Of a stretch of 58,554 bases of DNA, positions 1 through 11,363 are shown piece by piece; position 1 is the stretch's first letter; every line of letters begins with the position of its first letter. This stretch comes from an uncultured delta proteobacterium (GTDB lineage: Bacteria; Desulfobacterota; Binatia; UBA9968). Location: contig CAWDPO010000007.1 of NCBI GenBank assembly GCA_963804165.1, positions 1-58,554 of the forward strand, written 5' to 3'. The notes beneath the pieces are model-generated. The model ran no database searches. It was not told the origin of the DNA and saw only the letters and a program-made list of their open reading frames with translations. The position numbers and the translations under genes were made by a program.

Positions 1-19
1 GAGCTTGCCGAAAGACTTT

Positions 20-58
20 TCCGACAATCCAAAATCTAAAACCGAAAATCCAAAATTG
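20..58 (+). repeat. Short heptamer tandem repeat tract (AATCCAA/AATCTAA-like)
   Basis: tccgac-aatccaa-aatctaa-aaccgaa-aatccaa-aattgg; same motif family recurs on the opposite strand at about 16271-16294 and 17309-17346. Confidence 0.7.
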
Positions 59-82
59 GCGTGGCGGAGAAGGTGAGGGGAA

Positions 83-1909
83 TCAGCGTCCGATCCGCTT
101 GCGCTTGTTGTTGAGATAATCGACCATGATATAGTTGCCCATCTGGTCGGGCGTCGTGTAGAAGACCCGGCCGATATTCAGGCGCGATAGCTGGTCGACA
201 AAACCCTGGCGGTAGTAATCGGCGCCGAGCATGAAGGTGTTGATCTTGATGCCGCTCTGGGTGCAGCGCTTCACTTCTTTCAAGGTTTCGTGCACGATCC
301 GGCCGTGCAGCATCGCCGAGCCCCAGCCACTATGCAGCCGGCCACCGCGATCGAGGGTTGCCGCTGTCGGCTCACCGTCAGTGATCAAGATGATCTGCCG
401 ATTGGCGCTGCGATTGGATCCCAACAGCTGGCGCGCGTAGCGCAGCGCCTCTTTGATATCCGTGCCATGCTCCATGAAGTAGGTCAGCGAAACGATCGAC
501 GGCAGATCTTCGGCTTGAATCAACTTGGCATTGGAACGAAATGCGACCAGGTGGAGCGTGTCCTGGGGATATTTCGTCTGGATCAGGCGATGCAGCGCCA
601 GGGCGACTTTCTTGCCAGCGTGGAGCGCGTCATTCATCAGCATCGAGTAGCTCACGTCGATCAACAAAGCGGTCTCGGCGACAGTCGAATACTCGACCCG
701 ATGCACGGAGAAATCTTCCGGCGCGATCCTCAGCGGCTCGCCTTGCTTGCGTCTCTCTAACGCGTTGAGCACCGTCTCGCTGATATTGATGTTCATCGGG
801 TCGCCATACTCGTAGAGCTTGGTTTCTTCCATGTGCTCGCCCTGGGAGCCGCGCGCTGAAGTGTCGTGATTACCCCAGCGGCTTTTGTTGAGCATTTGAA
901 AGATTTCGCGGAGCGCCTTATCGCCGATCTTTCGCATGCCTTTGGCGGTCAGCTTAAGACCGTGGCTCGCCGCGAACGATAAAGCCTTCCTCTTCGAGCA
1001 TCTGCTCGACGCATTCTGTAGATATTTTAGATTCTCGTAAGCTTCTTCGCCGAGGACCTCGCGCAGCTCGTCTAGATTCAAATCCGATGGATCGCCCATG
1101 CCGCGCTGGCCCCAGCGCAGAAAGCGTTCCAGGCCGCGCAACTGGCTCAAAACCTGCCCGGCCTCGCCCATGCCCATGCGCTGGGAGCCCTGGAAGCGGG
1201 AATTGGTTCATCAGCTGTTCCAACTGCTGCATCTGATTCATCATGTCGCTCATCTGCTGCAGCTGTTCCTCGGTCATGGTGCTCATGTTTTCCAACATGC
1301 TTTCGAGGTTGTTGATGGCGTTGTCCATCATGCTCGGCAAGATTTTTCAGGAAGTCCTCGTCTTTCAATAGCTGCTCATGCGGTCGAGCATGTCCATCAG
1401 CGACTGCGGGTTCTGCGCCGCTCATATTCGGCTTGCCTTGCATGCCGCGTTCGTGGATCTGCTTTTGCAGCGTTGCTGCAACTCTTGATAGCGCTGGTAG
1501 GCCTCCGGCATTTTCTGATCGAGTTCGTCCATACGGTCGGCGAATTTGCCGGACATGCGCTCCATGAAGTTGCGCATCTGCTCATTGTAGGCTTCCAGTC
1601 TTGTCGGCGAGAGTTGAGCTTTTCACTGAGCTTTTGTTGCTCTTCAGGGGTCAGTTTGAAAGAGTCGGGGGAGTATTTATTGAGCAGCTCGCGGCGCTTC
1701 TCATCGGCCTGGCGCAGGAAATCGCGCATGCCTTTGACCGAGCGCTGGCCGTCTTCGGAGGTAAAGCCCCGGCGCATCATGTCGCGCAAGGCGCGGCGCA
1801 CGCCTTCTTCCTCTAACAGATGGTCGGAGAGATGGTTGATGATGTCGTCGGTAGTGGGGAAAAGAATTTCCTGCGTGCCATCCCATTGGGTGTAGCGATG
1901 GATTCTCAT
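83..1909 (-). CDS. VWA domain-containing protein (Rv0959-like), split by indels
   Basis: Starts MRIHRYTQWDGTQ; Q/M/E-rich coiled middle; C-terminal MIDAS motifs DVSYSM, GTD, ITDGEPT; pieces in ORFs 1397..2062, 954..1340, 83..1177. Confidence 0.85.
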
Positions 1910-2060
1910 TTGCGTTGGACTATAGCGCAGTTTTGCTCGTTTCAAACCCAAAATATTGACGGTCAGAGGACCCACGGACCCCGCGGACGGCCGCGAAAAT
2001 CGAACCCTTTGGAAATGGCGCGGACTTCGTATAGAAATTAGAGAGCGATCGATATTAGCC

Positions 2061-3185
2061 ATGAAAGATTTTGCTTATCGTCATTATCGGCGCCGGATTT
2101 CGCCGGCGCCGCCACAGCTTACCATTTGGCTCGCGCGGGGGTTGCCGATGTCCTGGTTTTGAACAGGAAAGCATCCCGGGATTTCACGCTTCAGGACGCA
2201 ATGCGGCGATGCTGCGCCAGTGTATCGCCGAGACCCGACCTGACTAACGCTGGCGCGCGATGGCGCGGCGTTTATCCGCAACCTGCCGGCGGATTGGCCG
2301 GAGCCGGTGCGATTCAAGCAGAACGGTTCGTTGCTTCTCGGCAGCGGTGCCGGCTGGAGAAAAGCTAAAACGGGATGGCGAGATTGGCCGGGCGCTCGGT
2401 CGGCATCGACGTGGTCTTGTGGTCGCCGGAAAGAGCCGATCGACCATGTGCCGGTGCTCAAAGAGGCTCGAGTTCGACGGCGCGCTGTGGTGCGCCAGCG
2501 ACGGCGTCATCGATATTCATGCGCTGCTTTCAGGATATTTGAAGGCGCCGCCGGCCGGGGCGCGCAGATTCGCTATAACAGCCGGGCTGCGCGCGGTGCG
2601 CGTTACCGTCAGGGCGTGGATATCGAGATGGATCACTGAGACCGAGAGCGTCAAAGTCAAGGTGCTCGTCAATGCCAGCGGCGCCTGGGCGAACGTCGAT
2701 TGCTGAGTTGGCCGGCGCACGGCCACTGCCGTTGCGGCCTGCCGGCGTCACTTGTTTGTCTCGCCGCCGCTGGCATGGATCGATCGCAATTGGCCGTTTG
2801 TCTGGGACGTCACCCATGATATTTATTTTCGCCCCGAGGGTGAAGGTTTGCTGCTCTGCGCGTGCGACCAGACTGAATTAGCGCCGGGCGATCCGCCGGT
2901 TGATGAGAGCGTCAAAGAAATGCTCGCGGAAAAAATCCAGCGCCATATGCCGGGCCTATCCGAAGTGTCCATCAGCCGAGGCTGGGCCGGATTTCGCACG
3001 TTGACGCCGGACGGGCGATTTGTCATAGGTTGGGAGGGGGAATCGAAAATTTTTTCTGGGTCGCCGGTCTTGGCGGTCATGGCATGACGACAAGCTCGGC
3101 GGTCGGTGAGTTGGCGGCGGAGTTGTTGCTCGGCGGCCCGGGCAAAAAGTCGGCGCCATTTTCGCCGGGGCGATTCGCCGCGTGA
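2061..3185 (+). CDS. FAD-dependent oxidoreductase, DAO/glycine-sarcosine oxidase family, split by indels
   Basis: N-terminal VIIGAGFAGAA Rossmann motif; VNASGAWA; WAGFRTLTPDGRFVIG; VAGLGGHGMTTS near C-terminus. Confidence 0.85.
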
Positions 3186-3225
3186 AGAAGTTGCCGTGGA
3201 ATCGAGTAGACAACGCATCGGTCGG

Positions 3226-4182
3226 ATGGAGTGTTGGAGAAGATCAAGTTGTCAGTGGATAATTGTCTTGGTCTCTTTGATCGGTTGGCTTTTTGCCAGT
3301 GAAAACGCGATGCGGCGCAACCGACTAAAGTGCGAATGTCCTACTCGAGCCGGAGTAACTCAAACACGCCGTTTGTCATCGCCTATCGAACAAGGGCTTC
3401 TTCGCCGAGGAGGGGATGGACGTGGAGATGATCCAGGTCAATCCGCGCCTCGGGCGCCACCGCGTTGCTAAACGGCGATATCGGGTTTACCGCAACCTTC
3501 GGCAGCACATTGCGTGCATTGTCGGCGGGTTTCCGATCAAGTTCGTAGCCGTTTCGGTGAAAAAGTCAGAACACTTCTTAATCGTCCGGCCGGAGATCAA
3601 GGAAATTCGCGATCTCAGCGGCAAGAAACTCGGCGTCGCGACGCTGTTCGGTTCGGATCAACGGGCCGCCGAGGAGATGATCCGCGCCAAGGGGTTTTCC
3701 CCGAATATGGTCAAGCCGATCACGCTCGGCGAAGCGCCGGTGCGCGCGCAAGCATTGCGCAGCGGTTGGTCGACGCGATTTCGGTTTCCCCCCTTTGATT
3801 TGAGCCTGCAAACGGAGGGCTTTCGCGCCCTGGCCGGACCCAAGGATATCGAGATCGCCTTGCCGACTTCCGGCATGGCGGTGGCCAACCGCTTCTGCAA
3901 CAGAATCCGCAGCATGTGAAGCGAGTGGTGCGGGCGTTGATGAAGTCGCACCGTTTCGTGTTTGACAATCGAAAGAAGTCGTGCCGCAGATGATCCGTTA
4001 TCTGGAGCAGAGGCCGGACGTGGCGGACCGGTCTTACGACCTGATAGCTTAACTCACTCAGCCGCAACGGCGAGATCACCGATCACGAATGGGAAGTGCT
4101 GACGGAGAAAAAGAAGACGGCGGATGAAGTGCGCGATTTCGCGATGCTCCGCGAAGTGCAGAAAGAATTGAAGATTCGATGA
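3226..4182 (+). CDS. ABC transporter substrate-binding protein, NMT1/TauA/SsuA-like, split by indels
   Basis: Hydrophobic leader; GMDVEMIQV; LIVRPEIKEIRDLSGKKLGVATLFGS; ends LREVQKELKIR. Confidence 0.8.
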
Positions 4183-4281
4183 CGGAGCACTAGCGTCTCT
4201 CCAGCGTCAACCTGGACAGGACGCCAGCTGACGCAATATGTTCCGATGTTTTTGCCAGGTACGACCAGTCGCGAGGTGACA

Positions 4282-5160
4282 ATGAACATTGCTATCGAAC
4301 GGGGAAAAAAATATTCCTCGCACGAAGCCAAGGCGATCGTCGATAGACTATATGCCAAAGTGCGCGAGCGTTGGGAGACGTGAAGGTCAACGGAAAGTCG
4401 TTCATGCAGCAGTTGATGGCCGGCAGGCTGCCGCATAAAAGCTTGCAAATGTTCTTTCGCAACTGGGGCGCGTACACCATCGAAATCAACACGCTGACCG
4501 CTTGCACCTACCATCGAAATATTACCTTTCTCAAGGTGAATCGCGATCTGATGGGGCCGATTGGTGAGAAGATCGCCGACGAATTTATTCATCCCAAACC
4601 GCCCGGCCATTTTCTCGTCATGATGGAAACGGCGAAAGCTTTGGGTCTCAGCGAAGACGAAGTTTTCACCTCCTCGATGCTGTCGGAGTTTCGCGGCAAG
4701 ATCGATTTCATGCGCACCATCGTTTACGAGGGTTCGGCGGCGGAATGGTACTGCCGCGGTGACCACCGAGGAGCAGATCGGCCACTGGTCGGCGGCCTGT
4801 TACCAAGCGCTGACGACTCATTATGGTTTTGACCGCGACAAAGCCACTTATTTCGCCACTCATGTCGAAGCGGATCTGGACGAGCATGAAGAGGGCATCA
4901 TGGGCCACGCGAGCTTCAATCGCATGGCGTTGCAGCGACTACTCGAAACCGGCATGGCTGAAGAGCGGCCGACTTACGGTTTGGAATACTGCGCCATGAC
5001 TTCGGTGGATCTGCATGGCGTGATGCTGCGCTCGGCCATGGATGAAGCGGAGACGGGGAGTAGAAAGATTCCGCACGGAGTGCACAGAAATCACAGAGTG
5101 CAACATTCCGTGGTTGCCCGGATTCAGAAGCAAAGATTTACGCACGAAAGGCGCAAATGA
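4282..5160 (+). CDS. Heme-oxygenase-like diiron protein (CADD/PqqC/TenA fold), copy A; 3' end uncertain (about 5063 or 5160)
   Basis: RBS gaggtg before ATG; ligand-like motifs DEFIHPKPPGH, TTEE, THVEADLDEH...GH; ALGLS helix typical of the fold. Confidence 0.7.
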
Positions 5161-5183
5161 AGAATACTTTCTGGAGGATGTCT

Positions 5184-6148
5184 ATGATCGAAAAGTTAGA
5201 GGCATCGTGTTACCGAGCCCGACGGTGTTTCTCGAGGATGGCAGGGTCGACGAGCAACTCATGCGCGAGCTGACCGAATGGTTTGTGGCTTGCGGCGTAC
5301 ATGCGTTTTTTATCTTGGGTTCCTACGGCCAGGGGGCGGCGATGCGCCGGAGGAACGAAAAAAAGTCGCGGAGATCGTCATTCAACAAGTCAAGCATCGG
5401 GTGCCCGTCATCGTGCATATCGGCGCGGTCGATCCTTTTACTGCAATCGACCTCGCCAAGCATGCAAAATCGATCGGCGCCGATGCCATCGGCCATGTCG
5501 GGCCTTACTATTATGCCGATCGTTCGGAGTACGAGATCATCGAGCATATTCAAAATGGTCGATCGCGCCGTTGGCATGCCCATGCTCATTTACAACAATC
5601 CGCGCTATTCCGGCTATAACATTCAGCCGGAGTTCATGGCGCGTTTGGTCGAAGCCGTGCCGAAGATTTTTGGCGCCAAGCTGGCGATGGGCAGCGTCGA
5701 TGAGGCGATGGCTTATATGAAGGCGGTCAAGGCGCCTTTCGCGCCGTACGCGTTGGCGAGCAATTTGGTTTCGGCGATGTCGGTGGGCGTGGCTGGGACG
5801 ATTAGCCCGCCGCTTGGCGATGACGCCGGAGCTCGGCGTCGATTTGGTCCGCGCCATCGATGCCGGACGGGCTGAAGAGCGCCCTGGCGTTGCAAAAGAG
5901 CGTGATTCGCATTCACGATATTTTTCTCCGTTTGCCGGACCGTTCGGCCGAACGATTTATTGCGAAGCGATGCGGCTAGAGGTTTCGACGTGAAGATGTA
6001 TCCGCGCTGGCCGTCGAAGCCGCTCAGCCGCGAGGCGTACGACGAGATGCGCGATTTGCTCACTGAACTGAAGATTATCGCCATGCGCCTGCCAAAGCTC
6101 GCAGCGCGTAGGCTAAGAAGATACACCGAGGTTTACTTCGTCGTATGA
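5184..6148 (+). CDS. Dihydrodipicolinate synthase (DapA/NAL) family aldolase, split by indels
   Basis: GIVLPSPTVFLEDGRVDE; ILGSYGQG; VPVIVHIGA; IYNNPRYSG; Schiff-base Lys in GAKLA; ATGA overlap with next gene. Confidence 0.85.
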
Positions 6149-7088
6149 GAACTAGATTCACCATTGCATCATTAGTCACGCTTTTGACCTTCCCGTTGCT
6201 CTGCGGCTCGCGCTTCAGCGAACGAGCGCGTGCGCATGGCTTTGTCCGTGCGCAACGTTGTCTTTCTGCCTTTTTACTACGCCAAAGATACAAGATTTTC
6301 GATAAGCATGGGTTCAACGTCGAGCTGATTCAGATGCGCAGCGATTTGCAGTTGGCGGCTTGGTGTCTGGTGAAATCGACTTCACGCCATCGGTGGGCCC
6401 GGCGGGAACGGCCATCGCCAACTCGCTGCAGATCAAAGCGCTGGCAATACTCTATCGCGCGCCGTTATTTTCTTTCGTCAGCCCGGCGGGCATCTCGAGC
6501 GCGAGAGAGTTCGAAGGTAAAAAGTTGCGGTGTCGCGCATCGGTTCGGAAAGCCACCGTTATGGTTCGCTAATGATCGAGAGTGGCGGCGCCGACCCGAA
6601 AAAAGTGACGTTCATCCAGACCGGCAGCACGACGATGAGCCTGGCGGCGCTCCAACAGGGATCCGTCAGCGCCGCGGTGTTCAGCCCCCCGTTTACGGGA
6701 ATGATGGCGGAGAAAGGGTACAAAATTCTTGCGCGAAGCCGATCCGCTGGCGGACGCGCCCTGGCTCGGTCTGGTCGCCAGTCGGCAAAAAATAGAAACC
6801 AGCCCGAACAGGCGAGCAACATACTGCGCTCCATGCGCGACGTGATGGCGGTGATCGGCGCGACAAGCCGGCGGTTGATTTCTTACATCGAGAAGAATTT
6901 TAAAGTGAGCTCCGCCAACGCCAATGAATCCTATGAGGACATCATGGGAGTGACCATGGATTACCCTGGTGTTACGCGACGAGCAAATTCAAAAATATCT
7001 CGATAATTCTTTTGCCCGCGGCGAGAATCCGCAAGCGGCTTACGGTCAGTGAAATGTTCGATTTTTCTTGCTGCGCAGTTTGAAGTGA
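6145..7088 (+). CDS. ABC transporter substrate-binding protein, NMT1/TauA-like, split by indels
   Basis: Signal peptide; IFDKHGFNVELIQMRSD; LVSGEIDF; ALQQGSVSAAVFSPPF. Confidence 0.8.
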
Positions 7089-7140
7089 GCGATGCAATAG
7101 ATTTTGATTTGTTGGTCATTCGATCCTAAGGAAGAATACG

Positions 7141-8096
7141 ATGAGCGAAGGCAAAGACCGGCTTTATCCCTTGCCGCGGGTTATCATTTGCGCGCTAAGC
7201 CTTTGTGCGATGGCCGGGTTGGGATGAAGAACTTCGAGCTGAGAGCGGTGGCTTCCGAAAAGGATGGCGTTGGGCCATGAAGAAGTTCATCGCGGGCAAG
7301 TACGACACCGGGGAGTTTTCTCTGGCAAATTACGTGGCACTCAAAAGCCGCGCCGCGCCGTATATGGCGATCCCGGTTTTCCCAATCGCAAATTTCGCCA
7401 GTCCTACATTTTCGTGCCGGAAAATTCGCCGCTGAACGGGGCGGAGCAGCTCAAGGGCAAGAAGGTCGGCATTCCCGGCTGGCTCAATACCGCTGGGCTT
7501 TGGGCGCGTGGAATCTTAGCGACGAATACGGCGTAAAGCCGGCAGGATATTCACTGGGTAATGCCACGCAAAAACAAAGTGGATCTGAGCGTTGCCGGCG
7601 GGCACGCGGCTGGATGTGGTGGCCAGCGAGCGAATCGCTTGGCGGCGCGCATGCTCAAAGGCGAATTCGACGCGATCATCGTGCCGGACTTTCCCGAAGA
7701 GGAGGGTTGGCGTCGTTTATTCGCCGATTCGAAAGCCGTGGAGCAGGATTTCTTTCGCCGCACGGCTATTTTTCCGACCAGCCATGCGATCACTTTTCAT
7801 TCGTCCTATCTTGGAAAAACATCCTGTCGCGGCGCAAGAGATGTTCGAAGCTTGTGTGGAGGCCAAAGAATCTGGCGCTGCACGACGACGCCGACGCGAC
7901 CTATTCCAATTTCGTCTGGAATCGCCAGGTGTGGGAAGAGCAGCGAGCGGTCATGGGCGCCGATCCGTGGAAATTCGGCATCAAGGGTAATGAAAAGGTG
8001 CTCAGCGCCTTGGTCCGTTATGCCGACGAGCAAGGATTGCTGGCGAAGAAGGTGACGATCGCCGATTTGTTTATTCGGATCAACGAGGCCGATTGA
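7141..8096 (+). CDS. 4,5-dihydroxyphthalate decarboxylase-like (PhtD/OphC-family, binding-protein fold) protein, split by indels
   Basis: YDTGEFSLANY; MAIPVFPNRKFRQSYIFV; LKGKKVGIPGWLNTAGLWARGIL; MGADPWKFGIKGN...RYADEQGL. Confidence 0.75.
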
Positions 8097-8112
8097 AAGA
8101 AAAGGCATTGAG

Positions 8113-8150
8113 TCCCTCTATCCTAACCTTCTCCCCGAGGGGAGAGGGGA
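8113..8150. repeat. REP-like GC-rich palindrome
   Basis: tccctctatcctaaccttctccccgaggggagagggga; related copy at 27005-27041. Confidence 0.6.
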
Positions 8151-8208
8151 CAAGAGTGGAATGGTCGTTCAATAGTAAAGATTTCGAGGAACTCAAACTG
8201 TAAATCTA

Positions 8209-9680
8209 ATGGCGATCACCACACATGAGCATCGCGGCCACGGCGATCATGGGCATGATCATGAGGGCGCGGTGGGGCCGCATACCCATTTGACCAGCGT
8301 CGGCATCGATATCGGCTCTTCGACCTCTCATCTGATGTTCTCACAATTGCTGATCGGTTATCCATCGGTGTTGCAGCGAAAACCGTTGGTGCTGGAGCGC
8401 AAGGTGATCGCGCGCTCGCCGATTCTGCTGACGCCATTTTCGCGGCGATTGGAACATCGAAGCAGGACCGCTCAGAGAAGTTGATTGAGGAAACCTTTCC
8501 GGACGGCGGGACTCAGTCGGAACGATATCGATACCGGCGCGGTGATCATCACCGGCGAAGCCGCGCGGCGTGATAATGCGCAAAGATCGCCGAATTTTTG
8601 CCGATGAAACCGGTAAGTTCGTCTGCGCCACCGCGGGGCCGACGTTGGAAACGATCATGGCGGCGCATGGTCGGGGCGGTGCAGCAGAGCCGCGAGCAGG
8701 GACTGACTCTGCTCAATATCGATGTCGGCGGCGGCACGACCAAAATAAGCGTGATCGAGCAGGGCAGATCCGCGCTACCACAGCGGTCAATATCGGCGCG
8801 CGCTTGGTGGCGCACAACGGCGCGGATGAAATCGTGCGTTTGGAGAAAGGCGGCACGGCGCTTTCTTGCGACCTCGGTGAAAATCTCGACTACGGAGCGA
8901 AAGCTCCTGTCGAATTGCGCACGCGCTTGGCAAACCGGATGGCGCAGGAGCTTTTCGATGCGGTGACGGCGAGCGCGCAGCCTTGGGATGATTTTTATGT
9001 CACCGCGCCATTGGGCGAGCTGCCGGAGATTGATGGCATTCTCTTTTCCGGCGGTGTGTCGGAATATATCTATGCGCGTGAAAGCTGCTGCTTTCGGCGA
9101 TCTTCGGTCCGTATCTGGGGCGCGCGATTCGCGGCGAAGCGGAAAGCCGAGGGTTTGATATTCTCGAAGCCGGTGAAGGCATTCGCGCCACCGTCATCGG
9201 CGCTTCGCAATACACGGTGCAGTTGAGCGGCGAAACGATTTTTATTCCTGAAATCTATAATCTGCCGGTGCGTAATCTTCGCGTCTTTGTCGCCAATGTC
9301 GATTGGCGAAGCACCGGTGACGGAGCAAACCGAAGATGCGCTGAGAAAAACTCTCGAGGAGCGCGACCCTGAAGTGCGCGGCACGCCTTTCGCTCTGGCA
9401 TTTTCGACGCCGCCGTTTTTCCGGTTACGGCGCGGTACAGGACATGGCTCGTGGCATCGATCGCGCTGTCGAGACTTTAACCGTCGAGGACCGTCCGGTG
9501 GCATTGGTTTTCGTGCAAAACGTCGGGCAAGTGGTCGGCGGCATGCTCTCGGCCAAATGGGACATGCCGTGCATCGACGAAGTCAGTTTGTCCGAGCTGG
9601 ATTTTATCGACGTCGGCGAAGTCGTGGAAAGTGAAGGGTTCGTGCCGGTGGTGATCAAGAGTCTTACCTTCGGGGTGTGA
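8209..9680 (+). CDS. eutA: EutA-family (ethanolamine ammonia-lyase reactivase-like) ASKHA ATPase with His-rich N-terminus, split by indels
   Basis: SVGIDIGSSTSHLMFS; TGAVIITGEAARRDNA; ATAGPTLE; NIDVGGGTTK; FSGGVSEYI; GIRATVIGASQYTVQLSG; DFIDVGE...VPVVIKSL. Confidence 0.85.
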
Positions 9681-9826
9681 GGAGTAAAACGCTTCTGAAG
9701 AGGTCGACCGCTTGTTGGACAGCGGAAATTTGCATATGTTAAGAACCGAGAGTGATTAGAGCCGCTATTTGAAATTGAATAATGCGGAGTTAGGGATTTG
9801 ATAGAGTGGCAGGGAGGATTTTAACG

Positions 9827-10542
9827 ATGGCCGCAGGCGACAATGGCTTTGATACTTTGTGGGAGGAATTGGTTCGACTCTGCAACGATCAATTCAGTCG
9901 CACCCGTTCACGCGCTTGCTGAGCCAAAGTTTTACCAAGCCACGGGCGCAGCAGTACTCGATCCAGATGGCCTATTACGTGCAGAATCGGCGCGACTGTT
10001 GGGGCTACGTACAAGGCTCGGCGCCGCTCGAAGTCAAACAGATGGTCTGGCAGCACGAAGAGGACGAACTGATCGGCAGAAAGAGCGAAGGCAAAGTGGA
10101 TCACATGACCTTGGCGGTCAAAGAAGGCGAAGTGTTCGGTCTGTCCGCCGAAGCGTTCGAGCGTACGGCGCGCCTGGAAGGCGGCGAAGTCTGCTTCAGC
10201 GCATGGATTCGTCTGGCGCAGCGGCCTTGGCTCGAGGCGATCGCCGGCTCCGCGATACTCGAAATGCGCAACTCCGGCGAGCTGATCAAAGGTGGATCGC
10301 TGTCGTCCCGGATCGGCGCGATGCTGCAGCGCGATCTCGGCATTCCGATGAAAAAACAAATCAACAATGCCGAGCACGTGGTCATGGACGTGGAACATGC
10401 GCATTTATTGATGCAAGTCGCGCGCAAGTACGCCCACGACGAATCGGCGCGGCGCGCGATCGTGCGCGGCGCGCAAGAGAGTCTGATGATCGATCGGGTT
10501 TACCGGGGACATCTGGCGGATATGCTCGAAGCGCTATCATAG
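9827..10542 (+). CDS. Heme-oxygenase-like diiron protein (CADD/PqqC/TenA fold), copy B
   Basis: RBS ggagga, ATG 9827, one indel near 9895; HEEDEL...DH, ILE, HVVMDVEH (H-x3-D-x2-H). Confidence 0.75.
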
Positions 10543-10585
10543 GCGCGCTAAGCTTCGAGCGAAGAACGGAGGAAGGAAAAGAATC

Positions 10586-11290
10586 ATGGATATCGTAGGC
10601 GACTTGCTGAAAACGCTCGATCAAATGGTCAACGACCAGTTCGACAGCATCGAGTTTAAAAATTTTCTTGCTGTGCCGCTGACCCTGGAGCGCGGCCGCT
10701 TTTACGTTGTGCAAAACGCACTTTACACGAGCAACCGGCGCGATTGCTGGGCTTACGTTCAGGGCGGCGCGCCGCTGGAAGTGAAGCGCGTCATTTGGGA
10801 ACACGAGAGCGACGAACTGATCAATGATCCGCGCGCGGGCATGGATCACTACGCGCTGACCGTCAAACAGGGCGAAGTGATCGGCCTCAAACCTGAAGAT
10901 TTCGAAAAGGCGGAGATCCCGTCGATGGTGAGGGCGTGTTTTTATGCCTGGCACCATATCGCGATGCTCAACCACTGGCTGACGGCTTACACGGCGTCGC
11001 ACATGCTCGAGCGCCGCAATAACGGCAAGATCGTCAATGGCGGCGGCATGTCCTACCGCGTCGGCAAGAAATTCGAGAACGAGCTGGGGATCAATTTGAA
11101 AAGGATGATTTCTCTCGACGTTCACGTGGTCGCGGATACCGAGCATTCGGAAAACATTTCCGAGATGTTCGAACGCTACGTAAAAACTGCCGAAGACCGC
11201 GACTTGGTCCTCAAGGGCGCGCGAGATTCGATGGCGATCGACCGCGCGTATCGCGGCGCTTTGGGCTATTACATGGAACAGATTAAATAA
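10586..11290 (+). CDS. Heme-oxygenase-like diiron protein (CADD/PqqC/TenA fold), copy C, paralog of copy B
   Basis: Intact 234 aa ORF; NRRDCWAYVQGGAPLEVK; HESDEL...DH; MLE; HVVADTEH. Confidence 0.8.
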   Translation: MDIVGDLLKTLDQMVNDQFDSIEFKNFLAVPLTLERGRFYVVQNALYTSNRRDCWAYVQGGAPLEVKRVIWEHESDELINDPRAGMDHYALTVKQGEVIGLKPEDFEKAEIPSMVRACFYAWHHIAMLNHWLTAYTASHMLERRNNGKIVNGGGMSYRVGKKFENELGINLKRMISLDVHVVADTEHSENISEMFERYVKTAEDRDLVLKGARDSMAIDRAYRGALGYYMEQIK

Positions 11291-11363
11291 GCGCTTGCGA
11301 TACGGTGGTGGAATTGTTTGCATTTCAAAATACATTGAATCGTGAGTTAAGAGGACATAAACC

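Noticed and set aside
8209-9680. Ethanolamine utilisation operon
   Set aside because: No eutB, eutC, shell proteins or aldehyde dehydrogenase in the window.
4282-11290. PQQ biosynthesis (pqqC) or thiamine salvage (tenA) assignment for the HO-like genes
   Set aside because: No pqqA/B/D/E or thi genes nearby; the residue pattern fits a CADD-type diiron site better.
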